In this document: positions 56,833 through 64,000 of the stretch, piece after piece | How positions within the stretch are numbered: the first letter of the stretch is position 1 | Layout of the letters: every line of letters begins with the position of its first letter | Assembly: GCF_048594345.1 (NCBI RefSeq) | Contig: NZ_JBMDXM010000289.1 | Span: 456 to 64,455 of the forward strand | DNA length: 64,000 nucleotides | Direction of reading: 5' to 3' | From: Longimicrobium sp. | Lineage (GTDB): Bacteria; Gemmatimonadota; Gemmatimonadetes; Longimicrobiales; Longimicrobiaceae | The notes under the pieces: model-generated | Database searches by the model: none | The model's input: the letters and a program-made list of their open reading frames with translations, nothing else | What the model was told of the DNA's origin: nothing | Program-made: the position numbers and the translations under genes

Positions 56833-58065
56833 CTACGCTCCCGTGCCCTCGCCGGCGTGGCCGTTGATGAAGCGGTCGATCTCCTCCGCGCGGCGCTCGG
56901 CGTCGGACTCGCCCAGGGCCATCAGGCGCTTGGCGTAGTCGTCCTGGAACATGATCATGCTCAGCACGTCGGGCGAGCGCGTTTCGCGGGTGCCCAGGCC
57001 GCGCGTGAGCAGCCGGAAGCCGCGGGGCAGGCGCGGCTCGTACTCGGCGGCGATGCGGGCCAGGTCCTTGGACGGGCGCATCACCAGCACCTCCACGATG
57101 CGCATCCCCTCACGCCGCTCGGGCGGCACGCGCTCCAGCACCGCGTTCATCCGCTCCATTCGCGCGACGTCCTGGTCCACCAGCTCCAGGAAGATGGCGT
57201 CCAGCAGCAGGCCGATCACCTGCGCCGGTGGCGGGTAGCCGGCCACGTCGGGGCGCGATGCCTCGCCACGGGTGCGGTCGTGTCGCGTGCTGACCGTGAG
57301 GATTTTGCTGGCGCCCAGGTGCAGGGCGGGGGAGAGCGGCGCCGTGAGGCGGATGCCGCCGTCGCCGTACCAGTGCGGGCCAATCTGCACCGCGGGAAAG
57401 AAGAGCGGCAGCGCGGCCGAGGCCATGATGTGGTCCACCGTGATGCGGCACTGCCGGCTGATGCGCCCCGGCCGCTCCCACGTCTCGATCTCGCGCCCCT
57501 GCGTCCAGATGACGGACTGCCCCGTGGTGTAGTCCGTGGTGCTGATGGAGACCGCGCGCAGCCGGCCCTTCTGCAGGTTGTAGTCGATGCCGGTCAGCTC
57601 GCCGTGCACCGGCGCCAGCGACTCTTCCAGAAACTGCCGCAGCGGCGCCGTGTCCACCAGCGCCCGCGTCCGCGCGTCCGTCATTCCGCCGGACGTGAGG
57701 CGCAGCCCCCAGCGGCCGATGTTGCCCACCAGTGACGCCATGTCCACCCGGAAGATCTTTTCCGGGAGCAGTTCCGCCCACAGCCCCGCCAGCTCGTCCA
57801 CGGCCTGCTTGAAGGTGCCGTGGTGCTGGGCCAGCAGGGCGATGTTGATGGCGCCCGCGGAGACGCCCGTCTGGATGGGGATCTGCAGGTTGGGATAGGT
57901 GCGGGCCAGGTAGCGCAGCAGCCCCACCTGGTACGCGCCCCGCGCGCCGCCGCCGGTGAGCACCAGCGCCAGCTCGCCGCGGTCGGTGACGGCCGCGGCG
58001 GCGGGGGCAAACTCTCGTCCCGCCTGCGACGGGCGCAGCGGCTGGGGATCGGCCGAATCCGGCAT
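56833..58065 (-). CDS. patatin-like phospholipase
   Basis: GGGARGAYQ, GVSAGA (GxSxG), ASAALP, DGG. Confidence 0.92.
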   Translation of the reverse strand: MPDSADPQPLRPSQAGREFAPAAAAVTDRGELALVLTGGGARGAYQVGLLRYLARTYPNLQIPIQTGVSAGAINIALLAQHHGTFKQAVDELAGLWAELLPEKIFRVDMASLVGNIGRWGLRLTSGGMTDARTRALVDTAPLRQFLEESLAPVHGELTGIDYNLQKGRLRAVSISTTDYTTGQSVIWTQGREIETWERPGRISRQCRITVDHIMASAALPLFFPAVQIGPHWYGDGGIRLTAPLSPALHLGASKILTVSTRHDRTRGEASRPDVAGYPPPAQVIGLLLDAIFLELVDQDVARMERMNAVLERVPPERREGMRIVEVLVMRPSKDLARIAAEYEPRLPRGFRLLTRGLGTRETRSPDVLSMIMFQDDYAKRLMALGESDAERRAEEIDRFINGHAGEGTGA

Positions 58066-58076
58066 GGGCGCGTCCC

Positions 58077-59843
58077 TCAGCGGCGAAAGACGATCCGGCC
58101 GCCCACGACGGTCATCGCCGGCGCGGCCTGCAGGATCTCGGCCTCGGGGATGGTGAGCAGGTCGCGGTCCCACACCACCAGGTCGGCCAGCATTCCTGCC
58201 TGCAGCGTCCCCTTTTGCTCCTCCTGCCACTCGCCGTACGCGGGGGTGGCGGTGTACAGGCGGATGGCCTCCTGCCGCGTAAGCCGCTGCTCGGGAAGCC
58301 AGCCGCCCGGCGGCACCCCCGGCTCTTCGCGGCTCTGCCGGGTGACGGCGGAGTAGATGCCTTCCACCGGCGGCATGGGCTCCACGGGAAAGTCGGTGCC
58401 AAAGATGACGACGGCGCCCGCGTCCAGCAGCGACCGCCAGACGTACGCCCCCTCCGTTGCCCGCTCGCGGCCGATGCGCGTCTCCACCCAGCGCATGTCG
58501 CTGGTCGCGTGCGTGGGCTGCATGGAGGCGATCACGCCCAGCTGGCGAAAGCGGGGGATGTCGGCCTGGTCCAGCACCTGGGCGTGCTCGATGCGGTGGC
58601 GGCGCGGGCGGGCGCCGTTGGCCCGGGCGGCGCGCTCGAACGCGTCCAGCGCCTGCCGGTTGGCCGCGTCGCCGATGGCGTGAAGGATCACCTGCAGCCC
58701 CGCAGCGTCGGCCGCGGTCACCAGCGAGTCCAGCTGCGCCTGCGTGTACTGCGGCAGCCCGTGCGTGTGCTGGTCGCTGAACGGCTCCAGCATGGCCGCC
58801 GTGCGCGAGCCCAGGGTGCCGTCGGTGTACCCCTTGAGCATCCCCATCCGCAGCCACTCGTCGCCGAATCCGGCGGTGACGCCCAGCGCGTTGAGCCCTT
58901 CGATCGTCCGCATCTCCAGCGGGTGCCAGCCGTACACGCGCACGGTGAGCGAGTCGGCGTCGCGCAGCTCCTTGTAGATCTGCATGTCCATGCCGGACAC
59001 GTCGCTCTGCACGCTGGTCACGCCGGTGCGGGCGGCCAGCTCCAGCGCGGCCAGCACGCCCCGGCGGGTCTGCGCGCGGGTGGGCGCCGGCACGTGGCGG
59101 CTCACCAGGCCCTCGGCTGTTTCCTTGAGGATGCCCGTCGCCTCGCCGCGTGCGTCGCGCACCACCTCACCCCCGGACGGGTTGGCCGTGTTGCGGTTGA
59201 TGCCGGCGATGCGCATCGCCGCGCCGTTGGCCCACGAGGTGTGGCCGTCCACGCGCGACAGCAGGACGGGGTTGTTGGGCGCGGCGCGGTCCAGGATCTC
59301 CTTCGTCGGCCAGCCGCCGGCGCCCAGCTCGGACGCGGGAAGGCGGGTGTGGTCCCAGCCGCGGCCCAGAATCCACTCGCCCGGCTGCGCCTGCGCGGCC
59401 GCCGCGGCCACGCGCCGCTCGATCTCGGCCAGGGACGTGGTGCCCAGCAGCTCCACCTGCAGCAACCCCCGCCCGCCGGCGCCAAAGTGGATGTGCGCGT
59501 CGTTGAACCCCGGCGTCACCAGCCGCCCCCGCAGGTCGATCACCTCCGTCGCCGGTCCCAGGTGCCGCCGCACCTCCGCGTCCGTGCCCACCGCCAGCAC
59601 GCGCCCGTCGCGCACGGCCAGCGCCTGCGCGACGGTGCTGGCGCCGTCGGCCAGGAACACGCGGCCGCCCACCAGCACCATGTCCGCCGCGTTGGCCTCG
59701 TCCGCCGGCTGCTCGTCGTTTCGGGGCCAGCCCTGGGGCACGGGAACGCCCGGCGGGTTGGGATGGTTGATCGGCGGCGCCTGAGTGGCGGGATAGCAGG
59801 CGGACAGCGCGCAGAGCGCGAGCAGGGCGGAGCGGGCTTTCAT
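58077..59843 (-). CDS. amidohydrolase (YtcJ-like), predicted lipoprotein
   Basis: PGFNDAHIH, SRVDGH, KGYTDGTLGSRTA, LHAIGD, RIEHAQ, GTDFP; lipobox LSAC. Confidence 0.92.
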   Translation of the reverse strand: MKARSALLALCALSACYPATQAPPINHPNPPGVPVPQGWPRNDEQPADEANAADMVLVGGRVFLADGASTVAQALAVRDGRVLAVGTDAEVRRHLGPATEVIDLRGRLVTPGFNDAHIHFGAGGRGLLQVELLGTTSLAEIERRVAAAAAQAQPGEWILGRGWDHTRLPASELGAGGWPTKEILDRAAPNNPVLLSRVDGHTSWANGAAMRIAGINRNTANPSGGEVVRDARGEATGILKETAEGLVSRHVPAPTRAQTRRGVLAALELAARTGVTSVQSDVSGMDMQIYKELRDADSLTVRVYGWHPLEMRTIEGLNALGVTAGFGDEWLRMGMLKGYTDGTLGSRTAAMLEPFSDQHTHGLPQYTQAQLDSLVTAADAAGLQVILHAIGDAANRQALDAFERAARANGARPRRHRIEHAQVLDQADIPRFRQLGVIASMQPTHATSDMRWVETRIGRERATEGAYVWRSLLDAGAVVIFGTDFPVEPMPPVEGIYSAVTRQSREEPGVPPGGWLPEQRLTRQEAIRLYTATPAYGEWQEEQKGTLQAGMLADLVVWDRDLLTIPEAEILQAAPAMTVVGGRIVFRR

Positions 59844-60296
59844 GCCGGGTGCCGGGCTGTTGATGACGTGGGTCGGGGATCGGCTCAATCATACGCGCCG
59901 TGACGCGTCGTGACAAACGGAGCGGAGGAGATGTTTACGCCTTGTTCGTCCGCGGCGATCGATTCGCAGGGGCGGACGGGGCGGGAATCGCGCCGTCCGC
60001 CTGGAAGGGCGAATGAATTCGCTGCAACAACAACACGAAATCCGCCTTCGCGGATTGGCTTGCTCCGTGGTGGCGTAAGGCTCGGTGCGCGCCCGGAGTT
60101 CGCGGTAACGTCGCCGGTGTAGGGAGCTATCTAACGCATGGGATCGCAAACGTGCTGTAACGTCACCAACGCCATCAATGTGGGATGCAATGATGGGCAC
60201 GCGATGGCGGTAGAGGACAGCGGATTGCGCACAGAGTGGACGGGCGTTACTCTCTGGTTGTGGTGTGCATTCAAAGCATTCCGGAGGACACCTGAG

Positions 60297-60587
60297 ATGC
60301 TCGTATACCTGATGCTCTGCGCCACGTTTTGGCTTGGTGGATTGCTCGGCTTCGCAGTGGGAAGGGTATCTGCTCGTGAGGTTGGACCCGTTCAGGCGAC
60401 CGGATCCACAGTCCCGCCATTCGTGCCAGCCAAATACAACAAGGGTGGTCGAAACACCGGACCTCGCACGCCGCGGCCAGAACATCCGCCGCGGCCGATG
60501 GGCTTGCCGGGTTGGGTGACGTACATGCCGGAATCGGAACGCCGCACACCCTGGCTGCCGCAACCTAGAGGCCTTCCGAAGCCGTGA
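60297..60587 (+). CDS. small orphan membrane protein (one N-terminal TM, Pro-rich tail)
   Basis: GGAGG RBS, hydrophobic first ~22 aa; lower-GC region. Confidence 0.4.
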   Translation: MLVYLMLCATFWLGGLLGFAVGRVSAREVGPVQATGSTVPPFVPAKYNKGGRNTGPRTPRPEHPPRPMGLPGWVTYMPESERRTPWLPQPRGLPKP

Positions 60588-60695
60588 ACTTGCTGTACGA
60601 GCAGGTGAAGCCCTGTTCGTGCCGCGCCCCGGCGCGAGACAGGGCTTACCGCTTTCCCAGCGGCGGGTTCACCCGCTCACGCTGACCGCGGACGC

Positions 60696-60730
60696 GAAAA
60701 AAGCCGCCCGTGCGCATCGTGGCGGCTTTT
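60696..60730. terminator. bidirectional terminator-like hairpin
   Basis: AAAAAAGCCGCC ... GGCGGCTTTT between convergent ORFs. Confidence 0.6.
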
Positions 60731-60749
60731 CATCGTTAACCTCAGTCGC

Positions 60750-61013
60750 TCAGGCCGGCGCCTTGTACTGCGGGTCGTTGTACATCTTGAACTGGCGGTA
60801 GACCTTGGGGACCACGCGGCCGCTGGCGATGTCGGCCAGCAGCGTGGTCAGCTCCTCGGCCAGGTCGTCGCGCTGGGTGCGGAGGACGGACAGGCGGTCC
60901 TGGCAGCGCTCGCGGAAGCCGGCGTCGGCGCGGTCGGCCTGCTCCTGCATGTGGTAGATCTTGAGCTCCACGATGCTCAGTTTGTCGGCCAGAGAGCCGA
61001 CGGTTTCAGCCAC
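60750..61013 (-). CDS. DUF4254-like protein, C-terminal half
   Basis: [31 protein letters not shown]. Confidence 0.75.
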   Translation of the reverse strand: MAETVGSLADKLSIVELKIYHMQEQADRADAGFRERCQDRLSVLRTQRDDLAEELTTLLADIASGRVVPKVYRQFKMYNDPQYKAPA

Positions 61014-61227
61014 CAGCCCCTCCGCCGCGCGCGTCGCGCGCCGTCTGCATCACCGCCTCGTCGATGCGCTCGATGAGGTCGTTGCGTCGCTGGTTCAGCT
61101 TGTCGACGGCGCGCTTGGCGGCGGCCACCTGGTGGTCGTCGTCGGAGCGCGCCTTGTCTTCCTCGTGCCACAGCTCGACGTTGGTCTGGGCCAGGCGCGC
61201 GATCAGGGTGCCGATGGTTTCGTTCAT
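61006..61227 (-). CDS. DUF4254-like protein, N-terminal half
   Basis: [28 protein letters not shown]. Confidence 0.75.
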   Translation of the reverse strand: MNETIGTLIARLAQTNVELWHEEDKARSDDDHQVAAAKRAVDKLNQRRNDLIERIDEAVMQTARDARGGGAGG

Positions 61228-61388
61228 CCCGCTGCTCTCGTAAGGTCCGTGAAACGGGCGCGAATGTACGCGGCGCGCGGGCCCGCCGCCATCCCGCCGC
61301 GTTTGCCGCGCCTGCCCCGGCGCGGCTATCTTCGCGCCCGTTCCGCCCGCCTGCCGGGCACGCGCGCCACCGCCGCACCGCCACGCCG

Positions 61389-62441
61389 TTGCCGTCAGCG
61401 CCACCGCCGTTCGTTCCGCTGCCGCCGGCCGCCCGCATCCTGATCGTGATGATGAGCGCCGTGGGCGATGCCGTCCACGTGCTGCCGGTGGTCACCGCGC
61501 TCAAGCGGCACGACCCATCCATCCGCATCACGTGGGTGCTGCAGGGCGGGCCGGCGTCGCTGGTGCGCGGGCACCCGGACGTGGACGAGATCGTCCTCTT
61601 CGACCGCAAGGGCGGCTGGCGCGCGTTCGCCGAGTTGCGCAAGGCGCTCGGCGGCCGGCGCTTCGACCTCGTGCTGGACCTGCAGGTCTACTTCAAGGCC
61701 AGCATCGTCACGGCGCTGGCGGACGCGCCGGTCAAGCTGGGGTTCGACCGCGGCCGAGCGCGGGACTGGAACTGGGCGGTGACCAACCGCAAGATCCCGC
61801 GCCGCCAGCCGCAGCACGTGCAGGACCAGTACTTCGAGTTCCTGGACACCCTCGGCGTGCCGGACGAGCCGGTGGAGTGGAAGCTGGGCCCCTGGCCGCA
61901 CGAACTGGACGCGCAGCGGGCGTTCTTCGCGAAGCTGGAGCGGCCGGCGGCGTGCCTGGTCATCGGCAGCACGCACCCGGAAAAGGAGTGGGTGCCGGAG
62001 CGCTGGGCGGCCGTATCCGACGCGCTGTGGGAGCGGTACGGACTGCAGCCGGTCATCGTCGGTGGAACGTCGGAGCGGGAGATGGCGACGGAGCGCGACA
62101 TACTGCGGCTGGCGCGGCATCCCGTCGTCAGCACCCTGGGCGTGCCGTTTCGCGAGCTGGTCGGCATCCTCCAGGGCTCGGCGCTCACCCTTTCGCTGGA
62201 CACGGGGCCGATGCACATCTCCGTGGCGCTGGGCACGCCGACGATCGCGCTGATGGGCTACATCAACCCCAAACGCACCGGCCCGTACCGCCGCTTTCGC
62301 GACCTGCTGGTGGATGCGTACGGATATCCGGGCGAGGACTATCCCATCACCATCCAGAAGCGGCTGGGGCGGACGCGTACGATCACGGTGGAGCAGGTGA
62401 TGGGAAAGGTGGCGCTGTGGGACCGGACGTACCGCCGATGA
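61389..62441 (+). CDS. glycosyltransferase family 9 (LPS heptosyltransferase)
   Basis: [28 protein letters not shown]. Confidence 0.9.
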   Translation: MPSAPPPFVPLPPAARILIVMMSAVGDAVHVLPVVTALKRHDPSIRITWVLQGGPASLVRGHPDVDEIVLFDRKGGWRAFAELRKALGGRRFDLVLDLQVYFKASIVTALADAPVKLGFDRGRARDWNWAVTNRKIPRRQPQHVQDQYFEFLDTLGVPDEPVEWKLGPWPHELDAQRAFFAKLERPAACLVIGSTHPEKEWVPERWAAVSDALWERYGLQPVIVGGTSEREMATERDILRLARHPVVSTLGVPFRELVGILQGSALTLSLDTGPMHISVALGTPTIALMGYINPKRTGPYRRFRDLLVDAYGYPGEDYPITIQKRLGRTRTITVEQVMGKVALWDRTYRR

Positions 62442-63487
62442 ACGTGCCGCTGGACCGGGTGGCGGTGGTGATGATCAGCACCGTGGGGAACGCGGTGCAC
62501 ACGCTGCCGGTGGTCAACTCCCTCAAGGCGCACCGGCCGGACTCGCGCATCACCTGGATCATGCAGCCGGGTTCCGCGGCGCTGGTGCGGGGGCATCCCG
62601 CGGTGGACGAGGTGGTGGTCTTCGACCGCACGCGTGGGGCGGCGGGGTTCGCGGCGCTACGGAAGGCGCTGGCCGGCCACCGCTTCGACGTCGCGCTGAA
62701 CCTGCAGGCGTACTTCAAGTCCGGCGTGGCGACGGCCTTCACCGGTGCGCCCGTCCGCGTGGGGTATGACCGGGCGCGGGCGCGCGACCTGACCTGGCTG
62801 TTCAGCACCGGCCGCCTTCCGCCGCGCCCGCGGGGGCACGTGCAGGACGAATTTTTGGAGTTTCTGGAGTTCCTGGGCGTTCCCGTCCGGCTGGAGTGGG
62901 GGCTGGAGCCGACGGAGGAAGAGCGCGCCCGCTACGCCGCGCTGCTGCCGGACGCCGCCGGGCCGACCGTGGCGATGGTGGTGGGGACGACGAAGGAAGA
63001 AAAGGAGTGGCCGGCGGAGCGCTACGCGGCGCTGGCGGACCGCATCGGCGGCGAGCTGGGCGGGCGGACGATCCTGGTCGGCGGGCGATCGCAGCGGGAG
63101 GAGTCGGCGGCGGAGTACATCCGCGGCACCGCGTCGCACCCGCCGCTGGACCTGCGCGAGTGGGACCTGCGGCGGCTGGCGTACCTCCTCAGCCGCGCGG
63201 ACGTGCTGGTGAGCCCCGACACCGGCCCCCTGCACGTGGGCGTCGCGCTCGGCACGCCCACGGTGGCGCTGATGGGGCACACGAACCCCAGGCGCTACGG
63301 CCCGTACCGGCGCTTCGGCGAACTGCTGGTGGATGCGTTCGGTGATCCGGGGGAGGACTATCCGATCGACGCGCCCAACCGCGCGGGGCGGATGGAGCGC
63401 ATCACGGTGGAGCAGGTGATGGAGAAGGTGGATCTGGCGCTGCGGCGCTACCGTAGCGTGAGCCCGGAGGGCCACGTTTCGCCGTAG
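62438..63487 (+). CDS. glycosyltransferase family 9 (LPS heptosyltransferase)
   Basis: STVGNAVH, ALNLQ, PDTGPLHVGVALGTP; ATGA overlap. Confidence 0.9.
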   Translation: MNVPLDRVAVVMISTVGNAVHTLPVVNSLKAHRPDSRITWIMQPGSAALVRGHPAVDEVVVFDRTRGAAGFAALRKALAGHRFDVALNLQAYFKSGVATAFTGAPVRVGYDRARARDLTWLFSTGRLPPRPRGHVQDEFLEFLEFLGVPVRLEWGLEPTEEERARYAALLPDAAGPTVAMVVGTTKEEKEWPAERYAALADRIGGELGGRTILVGGRSQREESAAEYIRGTASHPPLDLREWDLRRLAYLLSRADVLVSPDTGPLHVGVALGTPTVALMGHTNPRRYGPYRRFGELLVDAFGDPGEDYPIDAPNRAGRMERITVEQVMEKVDLALRRYRSVSPEGHVSP

Positions 63488-64000
63488 CCGTCGCGCAGCG
63501 CCGCCCAGCCGTCGGCGCCGATCTCCGCCTTGAGCTTGCGCCCGGAGCGGGCCAGGCGGCGCAGGTCGGTGGCGCGGCGGGCGCGCGGCACCGGGCCGGC
63601 GTGCACCCGCGCCTTGTCGAAGTCCAGCAGCCACACCTCCGGACCACCCTCCGTATCCGCCACCAGCAGGTTGCGCAGGTGCACGTCCGGATGTGCCACG
63701 CCGGACTGGTGCATGGCCGCCATCTGCCGCCCCGCCTCGCGCAGCACCTCCAGCCTTCCCTCCGCGGACCCGTCCGCCAGCCACGCCGCCGCGGCCCGCG
63801 CGCCGGGGATGAGGATGGTGGCCAGCATCGCCGTGTAGCCGACGGTGCGCGGCCGTTCGACCGCGGCCAGGATGCGCGCGGTGCGCACGCCGCCGGTGCG
63901 GGCGCGCTCCGTGGCGCGCAGCTCGTCGAAGGCGCGGTTGCCGCCAAAGTAGCGTGACGCGTTCACGCGCTGGATGAGCCCGCCGCGGTGGTACGCGCGA
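63448..64000 (-). CDS. kdkA: lipopolysaccharide kinase (Kdo kinase/WaaP family), 5' end outside window
   Basis: YHRGG, HPDVHLRNLL, WLLDFDK; frame open to window end. Confidence 0.8.
   Translation of the reverse strand, partial: RAYHRGGLIQRVNASRYFGGNRAFDELRATERARTGGVRTARILAAVERPRTVGYTAMLATILIPGARAAAAWLADGSAEGRLEVLREAGRQMAAMHQSGVAHPDVHLRNLLVADTEGGPEVWLLDFDKARVHAGPVPRARRATDLRRLARSGRKLKAEIGADGWAALRDGYGETWPSGLTLR

Overview
Very GC-rich bacterial DNA. Gene content, synteny and intergenic repeats suggest a Gemmatimonadota genome, probably Longimicrobium-like (inference). The window opens in the end of an integrative element: a divergent tyrosine recombinase behind a near-consensus sigma70 promoter overlaid with GCAAT repeats. 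Next comes a sugar-modification/glycosyltransferase cluster (Zn-dehydrogenase, Gfo/Idh/MocA, GT4, three CgeB-like GTs). It is followed by a compact four-gene divergent island: a standalone MVL-type mannan-binding lectin and a GH18 (DxDxE) hydrolase fused to two MVL repeats on the minus strand, and a small partner protein plus a DyP-type peroxidase on the plus strand. This island is the best candidate for an undescribed system. After it come an AlkZ-like glycosylase, two tandem Cys/His-rich lipoprotein paralogues, a housekeeping block (lysM, ccsA-like, sirC-like, hemA, tolQ/R/A/B, pal, cpoB, nrdR, tatC, lptD-like), hutH and hutU separated by two Uma2 endonucleases, an ABC ATPase with a permease-M1 aminopeptidase fusion, HicAB, an acyltransferase and hydrolases, a frameshifted VapC with intact antitoxin, a patatin, an amidohydrolase, and an LPS-core block (split DUF4254, two GT9, Kdo kinase truncated by the window end). 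Intergenic DNA carries several REP/MITE-like families and 8-bp microsatellites, one of them inside a CDS. No rRNA, tRNA or CRISPR array was recognised. Gene calls come from motif recognition in the translations, not database searches. Start codons were re-chosen by eye and are approximate.
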